Positions 1-10,186 of a stretch of DNA of 45,937 nucleotides are shown here, piece by piece (position 1 is the first letter of the stretch; each line of letters opens with the position of its first letter). A model generated the notes under the pieces. The model was given only the letters and a program-made list of their open reading frames with translations, made no database searches and was not told the DNA's origin. The position numbers and the translations under genes are program-made. The stretch comes from Octopus bimaculoides (Eukaryota), in NCBI RefSeq assembly GCF_001194135.2, contig NC_068988.1, positions 4,464,541 to 4,510,477 on the forward strand. Reading direction: 5' to 3'.

Positions 1-274
1 AACACGCTTTTCATACCTTGCTATGCGGGCAGCTTTAGCACATACCTTTTGCTTGATGGTTTCTATGGTGGCATCAATGTCAACTATGGTTTTCATGTTA
101 TATTTTTTCTTTAGTTTTTGGGTCTTTGTAGGTTTGATACTCTTGTCAAATTTAAGGTTTTTCAAACATTCTATGTCAGATCTAAGTAGCTTAATTTGGT
201 GTTGAATGCGTTCTTGCCAAGAAGGCTTTTTGTGGGAGTGTTGTCTTTTTCTAATCTTTTCACCACATAGAATC

Positions 275-276
<2 letters not shown>
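1..276 (-). mobile_element. R4/Dong-type RLE non-LTR retrotransposon fragment (region N-terminal to RT), running off the window edge
   Basis: The minus frame ending at base 1 is stop-free: ILCGEKIRKRQHSHKKPSWQERIQHQIKLLRSDIECLKNLKFDKSIKPTKTQKLKKKYNMKTIVDIDATIETIKQKVCAKAARIARYEKRV. It matches the recalled pre-RT pattern of R4/Dong ORFs (P.W..R...I..LR.D...KL.KKY...IE.LKQK..AKA.R..RYEKR). Its 5'-truncated end abuts an (AAT)n array. Confidence 0.7.

Positions 277-340
<64 letters not shown>
277..340. repeat. (ATT)n microsatellite
   Basis: About 21 perfect ATT units; source of the poly-Ile ORF. Confidence 0.98.
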
Positions 341-341
<1 letters not shown>

Positions 342-1088
342 TATCCCGTGAGAGAATTTATTATTTCATAAGTTTTATTGCGGTACTAGCTACATATAAT
401 ATTATGTTAAAAAAACTTAACCAATTACATTGTAGCTAATGTATGTGTGTGTATACACGCACAGATAGACATATATGTATATGTGCATATATGTTCACAC
501 ACACACGCACACACACACACATACATACATATAAAATTCAGGAAATGCTTTGTCTGTTGCAGTTTCCTGTTGATCATGCGCACTCTCGCTTTTACCTCTT
601 CCCATATCTTCTGCCCAGTCCTTTTACTCCAACTGCCCACTCAGGCATTTCATATTTGATGAGCCAGCAATCACACATGAGCCAATACTTCAAAGCATTT
701 CCTCACATACTTTGGAGATTTTAATGTTCTACGTATTCGTCACATTCCACTTCACTATTATTGTTCTACGCTTTCAATACATTATTTCATCTTTTTCATG
801 TATTTCCCCGCTTTGCATTCACAACCGCTCCTTACAGTTTCGCTCAATTCTTCGTTGCTATATACACTCACGTCTAACGGCTTCTTCAAAGTGATGAGAC
901 ATAATAAAAAAAAGAAAAAAACTAACATAAATGGCTCACAATTTATATCTCATTATTATTATTATTATTATTATTTTAAAAAGTTGTAGCTTAAATGTTT
1001 TTAATCGTAATAATGAATACTTTGTGTACATTGTACATATATATATGAAACCACATCTCGACAGGATGTGCCATACACCATAAAATAG

Positions 1089-1487
1089 NNNNNNNNNNNN
1101 NNNNNNNNNNNNNNNNNNNNNNNNNNNNNNNNNNNNNNNNNNNNNNNNNNNNNNNNNNNNNNNNNNNNNNNNNNNNNNNNNNNNNNNNNNNNNNNNNNNN
1201 NNNNNNNNNNNNNNNNNNNNNNNNNNNNNNNNNNNNNNNNNNNNNNNNNNNNNNNNNNNNNNNNNNNNNNNNNNNNNNNNNNNNNNNNNNNNNNNNNNNN
1301 NNNNNNNNNNNNNNNNNNNNNNNNNNNNNNNNNNNNNNNNNNNNNNNNNNNNNNNNNNNNNNNNNNNNNNNNNNNNNNNNNNNNNNNNNNNNNNNNNNNN
1401 NNNNNNNNNNNNNNNNNNNNNNNNNNNNNNNNNNNNNNNNNNNNNNNNNNNNNNNNNNNNNNNNNNNNNNNNNNNNNNNNNNNNNNN
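1089..1487. other. Assembly gap (N run)
   Basis: Run of N, followed by (AT)n. Confidence 1.
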
Positions 1488-1532
1488 TATATATATATAT
1501 ATATATATATGCATATATATATATGCATATAT

Positions 1533-2190
1533 GGGTTCAGGACGTCACCAACAGTGACGTAACTCTATACAGTTTTCTCTCCCTATCGTTTTCTCTCTCA
1601 TCCTTTCTCTAATTCCTTTTTCCTTCCCTTCACCGTTTTCTATCTCTCTCTCACTTTCTCCTTTACTCTCTATCTCGTTGCTTACATGTGACCATCGTCC
1701 ATCATTCTTCTCGTCACGTGATCATCTTTTCTCTCAGTGCTGTCCTAAAGTCTGGATGTATCCTATCTCTCTCTTCTATCTTTTCTCTTGTCAAAAAAAT
1801 ATTTCTCCAGGTGATCGCTATTTTACCCTCATTCTGGTCTAACGACCCTCCATGTTTGTTTTCGTTCGGTTTCCGTGTATGTCTCCACGGTCCTGGTTTG
1901 TTCCCAACTTTTACCCTCCATAAATGCCAAATTTATATAAACCTATAGACAGGTTTTTTCAACCTGCTGGTCGGCTACTTTAGGCTGATGACGAGCAATG
2001 ACTCAGAAACATGTCCCTGAATGCAGACTAAAGCTGGGTGGGGAAGCTTGTCTCCCCTTCACAAATATAAGGACACAGGAAATGTGTCAATGCCAACAGG
2101 AAGCGGTCTAGCTTCCTAGGGCTAAATAGCAGCAGTATGATACCCTTAATGGGTCTGTCACTTTAACTTGACAGTAAACAACCGCTTTAG
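1533..2190 (+). mobile_element. Non-coding Penelope-like terminal-repeat / retrozyme-like element carrying a hammerhead ribozyme
   Basis: Bounded on both sides by (AT)n. Contains a pyrimidine-rich tract, a hammerhead core at 1979-2021 and multiple hairpins, with no coding remnant. The class is inferred from the known association of minimal hammerheads with Penelope-like elements. Confidence 0.6.
1979..2021 (+). ncRNA. Minimal type-I hammerhead ribozyme (predicted cleavage after GUC, C2015)
   Basis: Stem I is UUUAGG(1979-84)/CCUGAA(2016-21). Core CUGAUGA at 1985-91. Stem II GAG-caauga-CUC is flanked by a C.A mismatch. GAA at 2006-08. Palindromic stem III ACAUGU (2009-14), then C17. Confidence 0.75.
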
Positions 2191-2204
2191 ATATATATAT
2201 ATAT

Positions 2205-2283
2205 TCCCGAGCATTAAACTAATACATCCACTTGTTGTTTACACCACCTCTCTTCATTTGTTGTTTTTTTTTCGTAAATTCTC

Positions 2284-2287
<4 letters not shown>
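2205..2287 (+). repeat. 3' fragment of the same short interspersed repeat seen at 8697-8910
   Basis: ttcccgagcattaaactaatacatccacttgttgtttacaccacctctcttcatttgttg... is similar to the reverse complement of 8697-8785. Flanked by (AT)n. Confidence 0.65.
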
Positions 2288-2319
<32 letters not shown>

Positions 2320-2904
2320 AAAATAAGACAAGGTAGAAAATGCTAAAATAATTTTATCATGAAGAACATTTTAGTACCGGTTTCAATCTTTGCGACTTTT
2401 TCAACTTAGAGTAAAACATGAAAAACTGTTAAGTTATGGAAAAATTAAATGAAATGCCTTTTTTTTTTAAAAATATTTCCATAGTTTTCAAATGCAAGGG
2501 AGTATTAAATCTATCGCGAGTGATTGAACTTCTTCACCTTGATGGATGCGGAGGGTGCTACTGCCTGAGGTGGCTGTTCAGGTCAAGGGCAATAAAAATG
2601 AGAAGGGTTGGCGGGGAACGAGGGAATGCAAGTTGTACTTTATGTCTTCGACGTCTGATCACTGTTTCTTCACGTCCGTTTTTTTTTTCTACCTAGACCA
2701 TTTCCTCGGCGATGACATGTCACCACTTTGAGCGGTCCTTGGCAATTGTCTCCTAGTTATTTGGGTCAATGGAGCAGCGGAGGAGAATGGTCTTGAGCTG
2801 GTCTCAGAAACGAATTTCGGGAGTTCCGCGTGGTCTGGTGTCTGAGGCCAACTCCGCAAAGAGGAGCTGACGGGGATGATGTGTTTGAGGCATACGTATG
2901 ATGT

Positions 2905-3262
2905 GGACCGACAGTCTGTGGTAACTGTCACGGCATCTCGATTCTCGGTATCAATGGAAAGATTAATGGTCGTTGCTGGGGAAATTGATCCTGAGTCACC
3001 GCGCGGCTTTCTCCCATCCGTGGTATCTTAGATATGGTCTTTTACGCCCGCCTTCTCCAAGAAAAGGTCCGAGTGCAGAGAAGCCACTGCTTTTAACGTT
3101 TTGGGATTTGGAAAGGCTTTTGGCAGCGCACCGAGACTTGCAATGTGGTCCACTCTGAAGCATTTCGGTTGTCCCGGCCACTTTACGAACCTCATTCAGT
3201 CCCTACAGGATGAAATGTCTGGCCGGGTCATCGCGAAGAACGCTCTCTCCGATTCCAAAATT
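2905..3262 (+). mobile_element. RTE-clade LINE reverse transcriptase remnant (frameshifted)
   Basis: Successive frames give GPTVCGNCHGISILGINGKI, IDPESPRGF, LDMVFYARLLQEKVRVQ, KPLLLTFWDLE and KAFGSAPRLAMWSTLKHFGCPGHFTNLIQSLQDEMSGRV. These match RTE RT motifs CGNYRGISLL, PESQCGF, DMIF..RQLQEK and DL.KAFD.V...LW..L..FGCP. Confidence 0.88.
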
Positions 3263-3268
3263 ATACAT

Positions 3269-3358
3269 ATGTGGTAAGAAGCTTGTTTCCTAATCACACG
3301 GATCCGGGTTCAGATTCATTGCGTGGCACCTTGATCAAGTGTCCTTTATTTCTACTAC

Positions 3359-3406
<48 letters not shown>

Positions 3407-3632
3407 TTGTGCCTTTGTTTCCACCACCACCACCACCACCACCAATACCAACACCACCACCACCACCACCAACGCTTGACAACCAGCGTTGGTGGTTTGT
3501 TTGTATCTCCTTAATCTAGCAGTTCGGCAAAAGAGAAATATAAAATAAATACCAGGCTTTAAAACGTAAGTCCAGGGATCGATTCCTCAAGGTGGTGCCC
3601 TAGCATAGCTGTAGTCTAATGACTGGAACAGA
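3269..3632 (+). mobile_element. tRNA-type SINE (family A), near full length with internal microsatellites
   Basis: Pol III-like head (gtggtaagaagcttg...ccgggttcagattc) and ggcaccttgatcaagtg core. Internal (AT)n/(GT)n/(CCA)n. 3' tail ggtggtgccctagcatagctgtagtctaatgactggaaca is also present at 4696-4732. Confidence 0.75.
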
Positions 3633-3699
3633 TATGTACCGTATTTATAATATATATCTCTGTATATAAGGGGAGGGTTAACGCCGGATTGGTTTGGTG

Positions 3700-3780
3700 T
3701 GAGAAAAGACGGGATGGTCACGTTTGCAACGGTTCTCGTCATATGTTTGGTCGATCAAGTCTAAGCCGCGGATAAAACAC
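3700..3780 (+). repeat. Short interspersed repeat fragment, related to 15492-15575 (opposite strand)
   Basis: gacgggatggtcacg...gatcaagtctaagccgcggataaaaca aligns by eye with the reverse complement of 15492-15575 (gtgatggtcgcag...ggctcacctcaggctaaaca). Confidence 0.45.
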
Positions 3781-4273
3781 ATTCACTGGATTTAATGTAT
3801 GCACAGGGACATGTAAGCTCACACACGCATACTATATATAAGCATATACTCATGCATACAAATTTCTTCGATTATAGCTGCTAATATTGACTCATTATCG
3901 ATACGTGGATTCCATCTAATTAGTATCCCATTCTTTTTATCTTAATCTTACTCTCAATACTAAGACATGCAAGTTCCATGTACGATGAATTATGAACATC
4001 CAGAAATGGATTCACTTTTCTACAATATAGAGACATGCAGATTTCCGTGTTGCTATGTACTCTCATCAGTGTAGCGTTTAAAATAAAGCTTGAATTATAA
4101 ATTTAAATTCCCATAATGTGTTCGCTTTCTCTTTTGGAATATAAAATGCCAGAAAGTTCGACGGCGGCGTTGAATCTTTTGTAGCAGAATTGTTTATTTA
4201 TGAAATTCAACATCAGAAAAAATATAAACTTCCCGTTGAAACTCTACGCTCTCTATCTTTATCTCTCTGACTC

Positions 4274-4274
<1 letters not shown>

Positions 4275-4318
<44 letters not shown>

Positions 4319-4329
4319 ACACACACACA

Positions 4330-4370
<41 letters not shown>
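4275..4370. repeat. Compound (CT)n(CA)n microsatellite
   Basis: Direct reading. Confidence 0.97.
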
Positions 4371-4674
4371 TTATATATATATGTGTGTATAGGCATTACA
4401 GTTATACATGCTTGTATAAACATATACATAGACACACACACACTTGCACTCATATATGTTAAAAACTACATGAGAAAATTGAGAACATTATTCTGAATAA
4501 AAGGAAGAAAATATTGGCAAGTTTATGAAAATATGCTGTCCGTTTCAATTGTTTAATCCAACTTATTCATGCTAAAAGAGAAAGGAAAATGTATAAAAAT
4601 AAATTGGGTTTCTGATGCACATGAAGCTAGTCGTCTTGTGGACCAAGTAACAACCTCGTCTGAACTTCCAAAAT

Positions 4675-4750
4675 TGATATGTTCGACTAAAAGGTGGTGC
4701 TCCAGCATGGCCGCAGTCAAATGACTGAAACATATAAAAGAATAAAAGAA
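4675..4750 (+). mobile_element. SINE family A 3' tail fragment
   Basis: gttcgactaaaaggtggtgctccagcatggccgcagtcaaatgactgaaaca followed by (taaaaga)n-like end; homologous to 3580-3630. Confidence 0.75.
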
Positions 4751-6019
4751 TATATATACATATATATTAATGCCGTAATTTACTCACATGCAGCATCTTC
4801 AGAGCTTTGTCGTTAATTCAGTTCTTAACCAAATTTAAAACGGTGAATATTTTTGAAGAGGGTTCGCCCTTAGCTACATTTTGGTTTACAAAATTGAGCT
4901 TTGGTCCAGTAGAAAAAAATTTACATCAAAATTTGTAGCAAGGTTATAGGAGAGTAAGTAACGCCTCCAATCAAGTTTAGATCTAAATATCTTTTTTATT
5001 TATATTTAATATATTTATCTCAGCTTCAATAATAGAAGAAAGCATGAAGAATTTCATAGATTTGATCCCATGCAGCAAAAATTTGTATAAAAGAAGTTGT
5101 GAGGTAAAATATCATGACAAAAAATATGAGGCAAAAAAAAGTATAATTAACTTTTTTACTTTAAAAACAAACTATATTCTAATTAAGCTTAAATAATAGA
5201 GCTCAATTCGAGGAATTTCATGGTATCAATTTCATGGAATGAAGGTTTAAAAGAAAAAAGTTATGAGTGTTTGTTTCTCAAATTTGAGGGTGATAATATA
5301 GTTCTATACTTTTTTATGAATATAGTTCTATAAGGGGACTTTTAATATATGTCACCAGCATCATTGAGGTAAAGAAAAAAATTATCAGTGACACAGCTAA
5401 TTTGCATTTAGTTTAATTACGTCATTTGAAGTGATTAATGCAATTATATCATAAAAATGAAAGAAAGAAAAATATTATTTAGAAATTTTGGCAATAGCCT
5501 AGCTATTTGGCAATCTTTCGTTTTAACTCGAAAGCGTGTGCGCGCAGCTCAGGTGTTACCTTACGGCGTTCGGTAAATTCCGTAAAGATTTTTTATTTAT
5601 TTATTTTTGTGAATGGAAATGTACATTTTGTTTGAAGTCAGCATAAAGTGATAGAAAGAGGAAATGAATATGGTCGTGTGTATGTGCTGATGCGGGGGTG
5701 AGACAGAACGTGTCTGTTGTTTATGTGAAAGTGAAAGAGAGAGAGAGAGAGAGAGTGATAGCGTAAATTTTACTTAGCTATTTATACATAGCATGCAAAA
5801 AAGTTGTCGTGAGAACACACCTTCACTCAGTGACGGACTTCTCTCACACACGCACCACACATAAAAAACATGTATACATATGTATTTATGCATGTACGTG
5901 TATACGACAGTTAATAGGTGTACGTATGTGTTTGTGTACGTGTGTGACTGACCCTAGCCATTTTACACATACATGACAACACCTCTCTCTCTCTCCCTCC
6001 TTGTCACACACAGCAACGC

Positions 6020-6062
<43 letters not shown>

Positions 6063-6260
6063 ATGACAACACACATAGCTTCTCTCTCTCATGCACACAC
6101 AGCATACACATTACATTTATCATTCAGTTTTAAGTAAGGTAAAATCTTAAATCATTAATTGACACATTATTAATTAGCATAATAGCATAGCCTGGAAAAA
6201 ACATGGAATACATGGTATAATGCGAGCAAGAGAAATAATATTCTTAAGATCATAAACCTA

Positions 6261-6340
6261 GAAAAGTACAGGACAAATAATTACACTTTGAAAAGTTCAG
6301 GACAAGTTATTACATTTGGTAAAGTACAGAACAAGAATTT
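6261..6340. repeat. Degenerate 29-bp tandem repeat (about 3 units)
   Basis: gaaaagtacaggacaaataattacacttt / gaaaagttcaggacaagttattacatttg / gtaaagtacagaacaagaattt. Confidence 0.8.
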
Positions 6341-6441
6341 TGTTTCTTAAAATATTGCAGCTAAGGATAAAATTACAAATAAGATATTTAGATTTAGAAA
6401 ATATTAGCTTTTATTAAAACTAAAAATTTTATTGCTGCTAT

Positions 6442-6505
<64 letters not shown>

Positions 6506-6554
6506 GTTGCTGCTACTACTACCACTACTACTACTACTGTTGCTGCTACTACTA
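6442..6554. repeat. (ACT)n microsatellite with GTT/GCT interruptions
   Basis: Direct reading; source of the poly-V/poly-S ORFs. Confidence 0.97.
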
Positions 6555-8664
6555 CCAGCATCTTCCACTCCAGTGCCATCCCCTTCCCCTGTGTAGACCA
6601 CCACCTGCTATAATTAGTGACTATAATTATTGTGATAGTTAAAATACTTAAGGAGGAAATAAACTAATATTTGTAAGCGAAATCAATGAAAAGACATTAG
6701 ATAGATGGCGCTTCATAGTTGATAGATAACATCTACTTGGTCATTTTTATCAGAGCTTTTAATGAACTGGAAAATATGTGGCGTAAATTATAATGAAACG
6801 ATGAGCTCCTCATTATTATTATTATTATCATTATTATTATTACTATCATTATTATTATTATCATTATTATTATTATTATTATTATTGTAGTTAGTTTAGT
6901 TTTCTTGTTGTTGTTTACAGTAGTTTAGTGTCGTTGTAGTTATTGTTTCAATCAAATGTATTTTCCAATATTTTCATTGATTGTTTCCTTGTTTTGAGAA
7001 TATTTCTCTCTTTTTTTTTTTATGATTCCTATTTTTCTTCAATGTTTTTTTCCTTATTAAATATTAATCTTTTGGGAATGTTTGTTTTCGATATTATTTG
7101 CTATTTTGTTTGTTTAATTTCCATTCCTATTTCTTTTATTATGTCTTCGATATATTTTCTATATTTTGTCGTTTGTTTTCCTCTTCTATGACATCCCTCT
7201 TTTTAAATACATTATCGTTACATTACACCAATACCTTCGCCCCAATGGCAGTTTTGTCAACATTGGTTTAATTTAAAAGAATAAAAAAAACATGAAAGTT
7301 GGAGAGACAATTACAATGTTTTATGAGTTATATTCGTTTCTACTGGTCCCAGTTCATTTCAGCACAGTGAAATTAATCAAAATATTTCTTGGCAAGAAGT
7401 GAAATGGGCAATAAAATATCTCTTTATTCCAATATAAATGTTAGCAAGTTAATTCTTTGAGGAGCCCTCAACGACTAATACGACCAGTACTTAGTTCTTG
7501 GGTTTTGTCTATCAAATGAAGGCGATATAAAAATCAAGAATAAAAGCATCGTCCACTGAATATGAGTCTAATGTTATCTGCATTGACAAATATTTTATCT
7601 AGAAGTATTGCTGTCACATCTATTTGAAACTACAGCTAAACAGCACAGTTTAAATGTACCATGAAGCTTAAGCGGTATTTACATTCGCTTTCAGTATTCG
7701 CTAACGAAGACTCTTTAAGCCTGTTTTCATTTCTGTTTTCAACTAATTTTCTCCACTTCATTTATACTCCTTGATTCTCTGGCTGAAGGGATGAAATTTA
7801 TACTGATTCTCCGCATTTGCAAATTCATAGTCGTATGTTATTATATTATTATCAATTACAGGGAATTGTAAGTTCTGCATGCTAACTATTTACAGCAGCA
7901 TGGATTACGTTACTGCAAGTTAATTGATTTTACATGGAAACACAGAAGAATTGATGACGATAGAACAGACATTTTGTAATATTCAGTAATCAACTGGGAC
8001 ACGGTCGTCGACTCAACCACATGTGAATAGACCTCATCAACTTACACAACTTCAACAAAACTGGCCAAATTATGTTGGGTAAAATAACAACAGAATAAGA
8101 AGAGTAAACCAGAGTGTACCGAATGTCAGTGTGTGTAGAGTTGCGTCAGTGTTTGTGACATGTTAGAGGGTGTGCGCGTATGTATGCCTGTGTATGCGTG
8201 TGTGTGTGTATATGTGTGGTTATAGTACATGAGAATAACAATGTGGGTCGTGCAGTCATTTTGTCTTTTCCCTAAATGCTATAGATATTGGCCTATTCTT
8301 TCAGAGATAACCCAGGTTTAAAGAACATTAACTTCTATATCAGCTTACACTCGACTTAAGCATTACTGAACTGCCTACATCTGCTTCTTTGCCTTATTTT
8401 ATATCTCATTTAGAAAGATATAGTGTCGTCATTTACACGCGACTAAAAAGCCACTTAACTAATTCACTGCGTTTCTATTGGTGACTGTCAAAGGCGGCGT
8501 TTGTGAAATTCGAAAAGCAAAGCTCTATGAAAGTGATTTTTGATCAAAACATTTGTTCAGAGGTTTTCTTCGGTTGTATGTATGTTTTGGTGACATTCAT
8601 CCGCAAAAAATATATACATATACAGATATTGAATGCATATAAATGCTATATGTGTGTATATACC

Positions 8665-8696
<32 letters not shown>

Positions 8697-8699
<3 letters not shown>

Positions 8700-8910
8700 G
8701 AAATCTACAGAAAAACAAAAGACGAAGGCAGGTGTATAAACAACAAACAGGTGTATTAATTAGTTTAACACTCGGGAAGGTGAGAAAGTCTGTTACATTT
8801 CGAGCCTACGCTCTTCAGCAGAAAGGAACACGAGAAAATACACAGAGAAGGATTAAAAATAGAGAGAATAAAAAAAAAATTTGAGCTAGGGGTCAATCAC
8901 GGCGGCCCAT
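8697..8910 (-). mobile_element. Short Penelope-like terminal-repeat-derived element with a hammerhead-like motif, inserted in (AT)n
   Basis: Minus strand reads gggccgccgtgattgacc..., a pyrimidine-rich tract, ctgctgaagagcgtaggctcgaaatgta, then a ~100-nt tail. Flanked by (AT)n on both sides. Same layout as 1533-2190. Confidence 0.55.
8789..8826 (-). ncRNA. Variant minimal hammerhead-like motif (CUGCUGA core)
   Basis: Minus strand: uuu CUGCUGA a GAGC-guag-GCUC GAA AUGU A acaga. Perfect 4-bp stem II, but A6 is replaced by C and stem I is weak in this copy. Confidence 0.4.
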
Positions 8911-9715
8911 ATATATATATATATAGGTGTATATACGTGCTTGTGTACGTGTGTGTGTGTGTATGTGTGTGTGTGGGGGGTGCATATGTGTGTGTCTGTG
9001 TGTGTTAATACAAGCACACATAACGACGGAAATCAAAATAAAGACGCGTGTTTTTATTTGCAACAGATTTTTTTTTGCACACTAGAACACGTACAACTGC
9101 AATGGCAGACATCAGTCCTTTGGCTTCCTATCTAGCTCCAAAAAGGGAAAGGTAAAATCTAAAATGATGAGATGAAACTAAAGCAAAACAACGCTGTTTC
9201 ATTGTTCGCTGGCGTTTGTTCGAGAATATTGTGTTTTTTAAAACACAAAATCTCGTTGAGTTGGCGTAAACAGGGACGTGTTACAAATAATTGTATACAG
9301 CTCCACATATGTGTTTATGTATATCATGTAGTTTCTCATCTTATGGTTTCCAACCAAGATGTATTGTAAAGTCTACCCGTTTAATGTTGCCGAGGAGAAG
9401 GCAGCGGTGGTGTGTATGCTGGTGGAGGGGTTGGCGAGGTTTCTTTGTGGCATGTAAAAGCTTATTGCTTTTCAAACCATCGCTTTCTTTCTCCTTCTCT
9501 CTCTTTCTTTCTGTCTCCCCGTCTCTATTTCTCTCCCTCCCCCTCTCTCTGTGTGCATGTGTCGTCCTATTTGCATTTCAGCAAACATTGTAATATATAT
9601 GTAATATGTACGTGATATACATGTGATATATATATATATATATATATATGAGATATAGAGATGACAAACAACTAAAGGATTATCATATGAACTGCATTGG
9701 CTTACAGTTGTTTCT

Positions 9716-9842
9716 GCAGAGGTCGACTTTGCATTTCATACTTTCGGGGTCGATGAAATAAGTACCAGTTACGCACTGGGGTCGATATATTCGACTAGCC
9801 CACGCCCACCAAATTTTTAAGGCATTGTGCCTAGAGTAGAAA
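9716..9842 (+). mobile_element. tRNA-type SINE (family B), 5'-truncated copy
   Basis: gaggtcgactttgcatttcatactttcggggtcgatgaaataagtaccagtt...ggggtcgat...ttgtgcctagagtagaa then (AAT)n; homologous to four other copies in the window. Confidence 0.85.
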
Positions 9843-9868
9843 TAATAATAATAATTATTATTATTATT

Positions 9869-10073
9869 AGAATCGTTAGCTTGCCGGGTGAAATGCTTAG
9901 CGGTATTTCGTCTGTCTTTATGTTGTGAGTCTAAATTCCGACGAGGTCGACTTTGTGTTTCATCATTTCGGAGTCGATAAATTAGGCACCAGTTGCGTAC
10001 TGATATCGATCTAATCGACTGGCCCCTCCTCCAAAATTTCAAGCCTTGTGCCTATAGTAGAAAGGATTATTAT

Positions 10074-10075
<2 letters not shown>
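9869..10075 (+). mobile_element. tRNA-type SINE (family B), near full length
   Basis: A-box-like agaatcgttagc and B-box-like gagtctaaattccg, then the same central domain and 3' tail ttgtgcctatagtagaaaggattatt. Confidence 0.85.
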
Positions 10076-10076
<1 letters not shown>

Positions 10077-10135
<59 letters not shown>

Positions 10136-10147
10136 TTGTTGTTGTTT

Positions 10148-10185
<38 letters not shown>

Positions 10186-10186
10186 A
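10077..10186. repeat. (GTT)n microsatellite extending the SINE tail
   Basis: Direct reading; source of the poly-C/V/T ORFs. Confidence 0.97.

Noticed and set aside
4768-5572. Possible TIR pair (aatgccgtaa... / ...ttacggcgtt) around an AT-rich block
   Set aside because: Only ~9 bp of match and no clear target-site duplication; consistent with chance.
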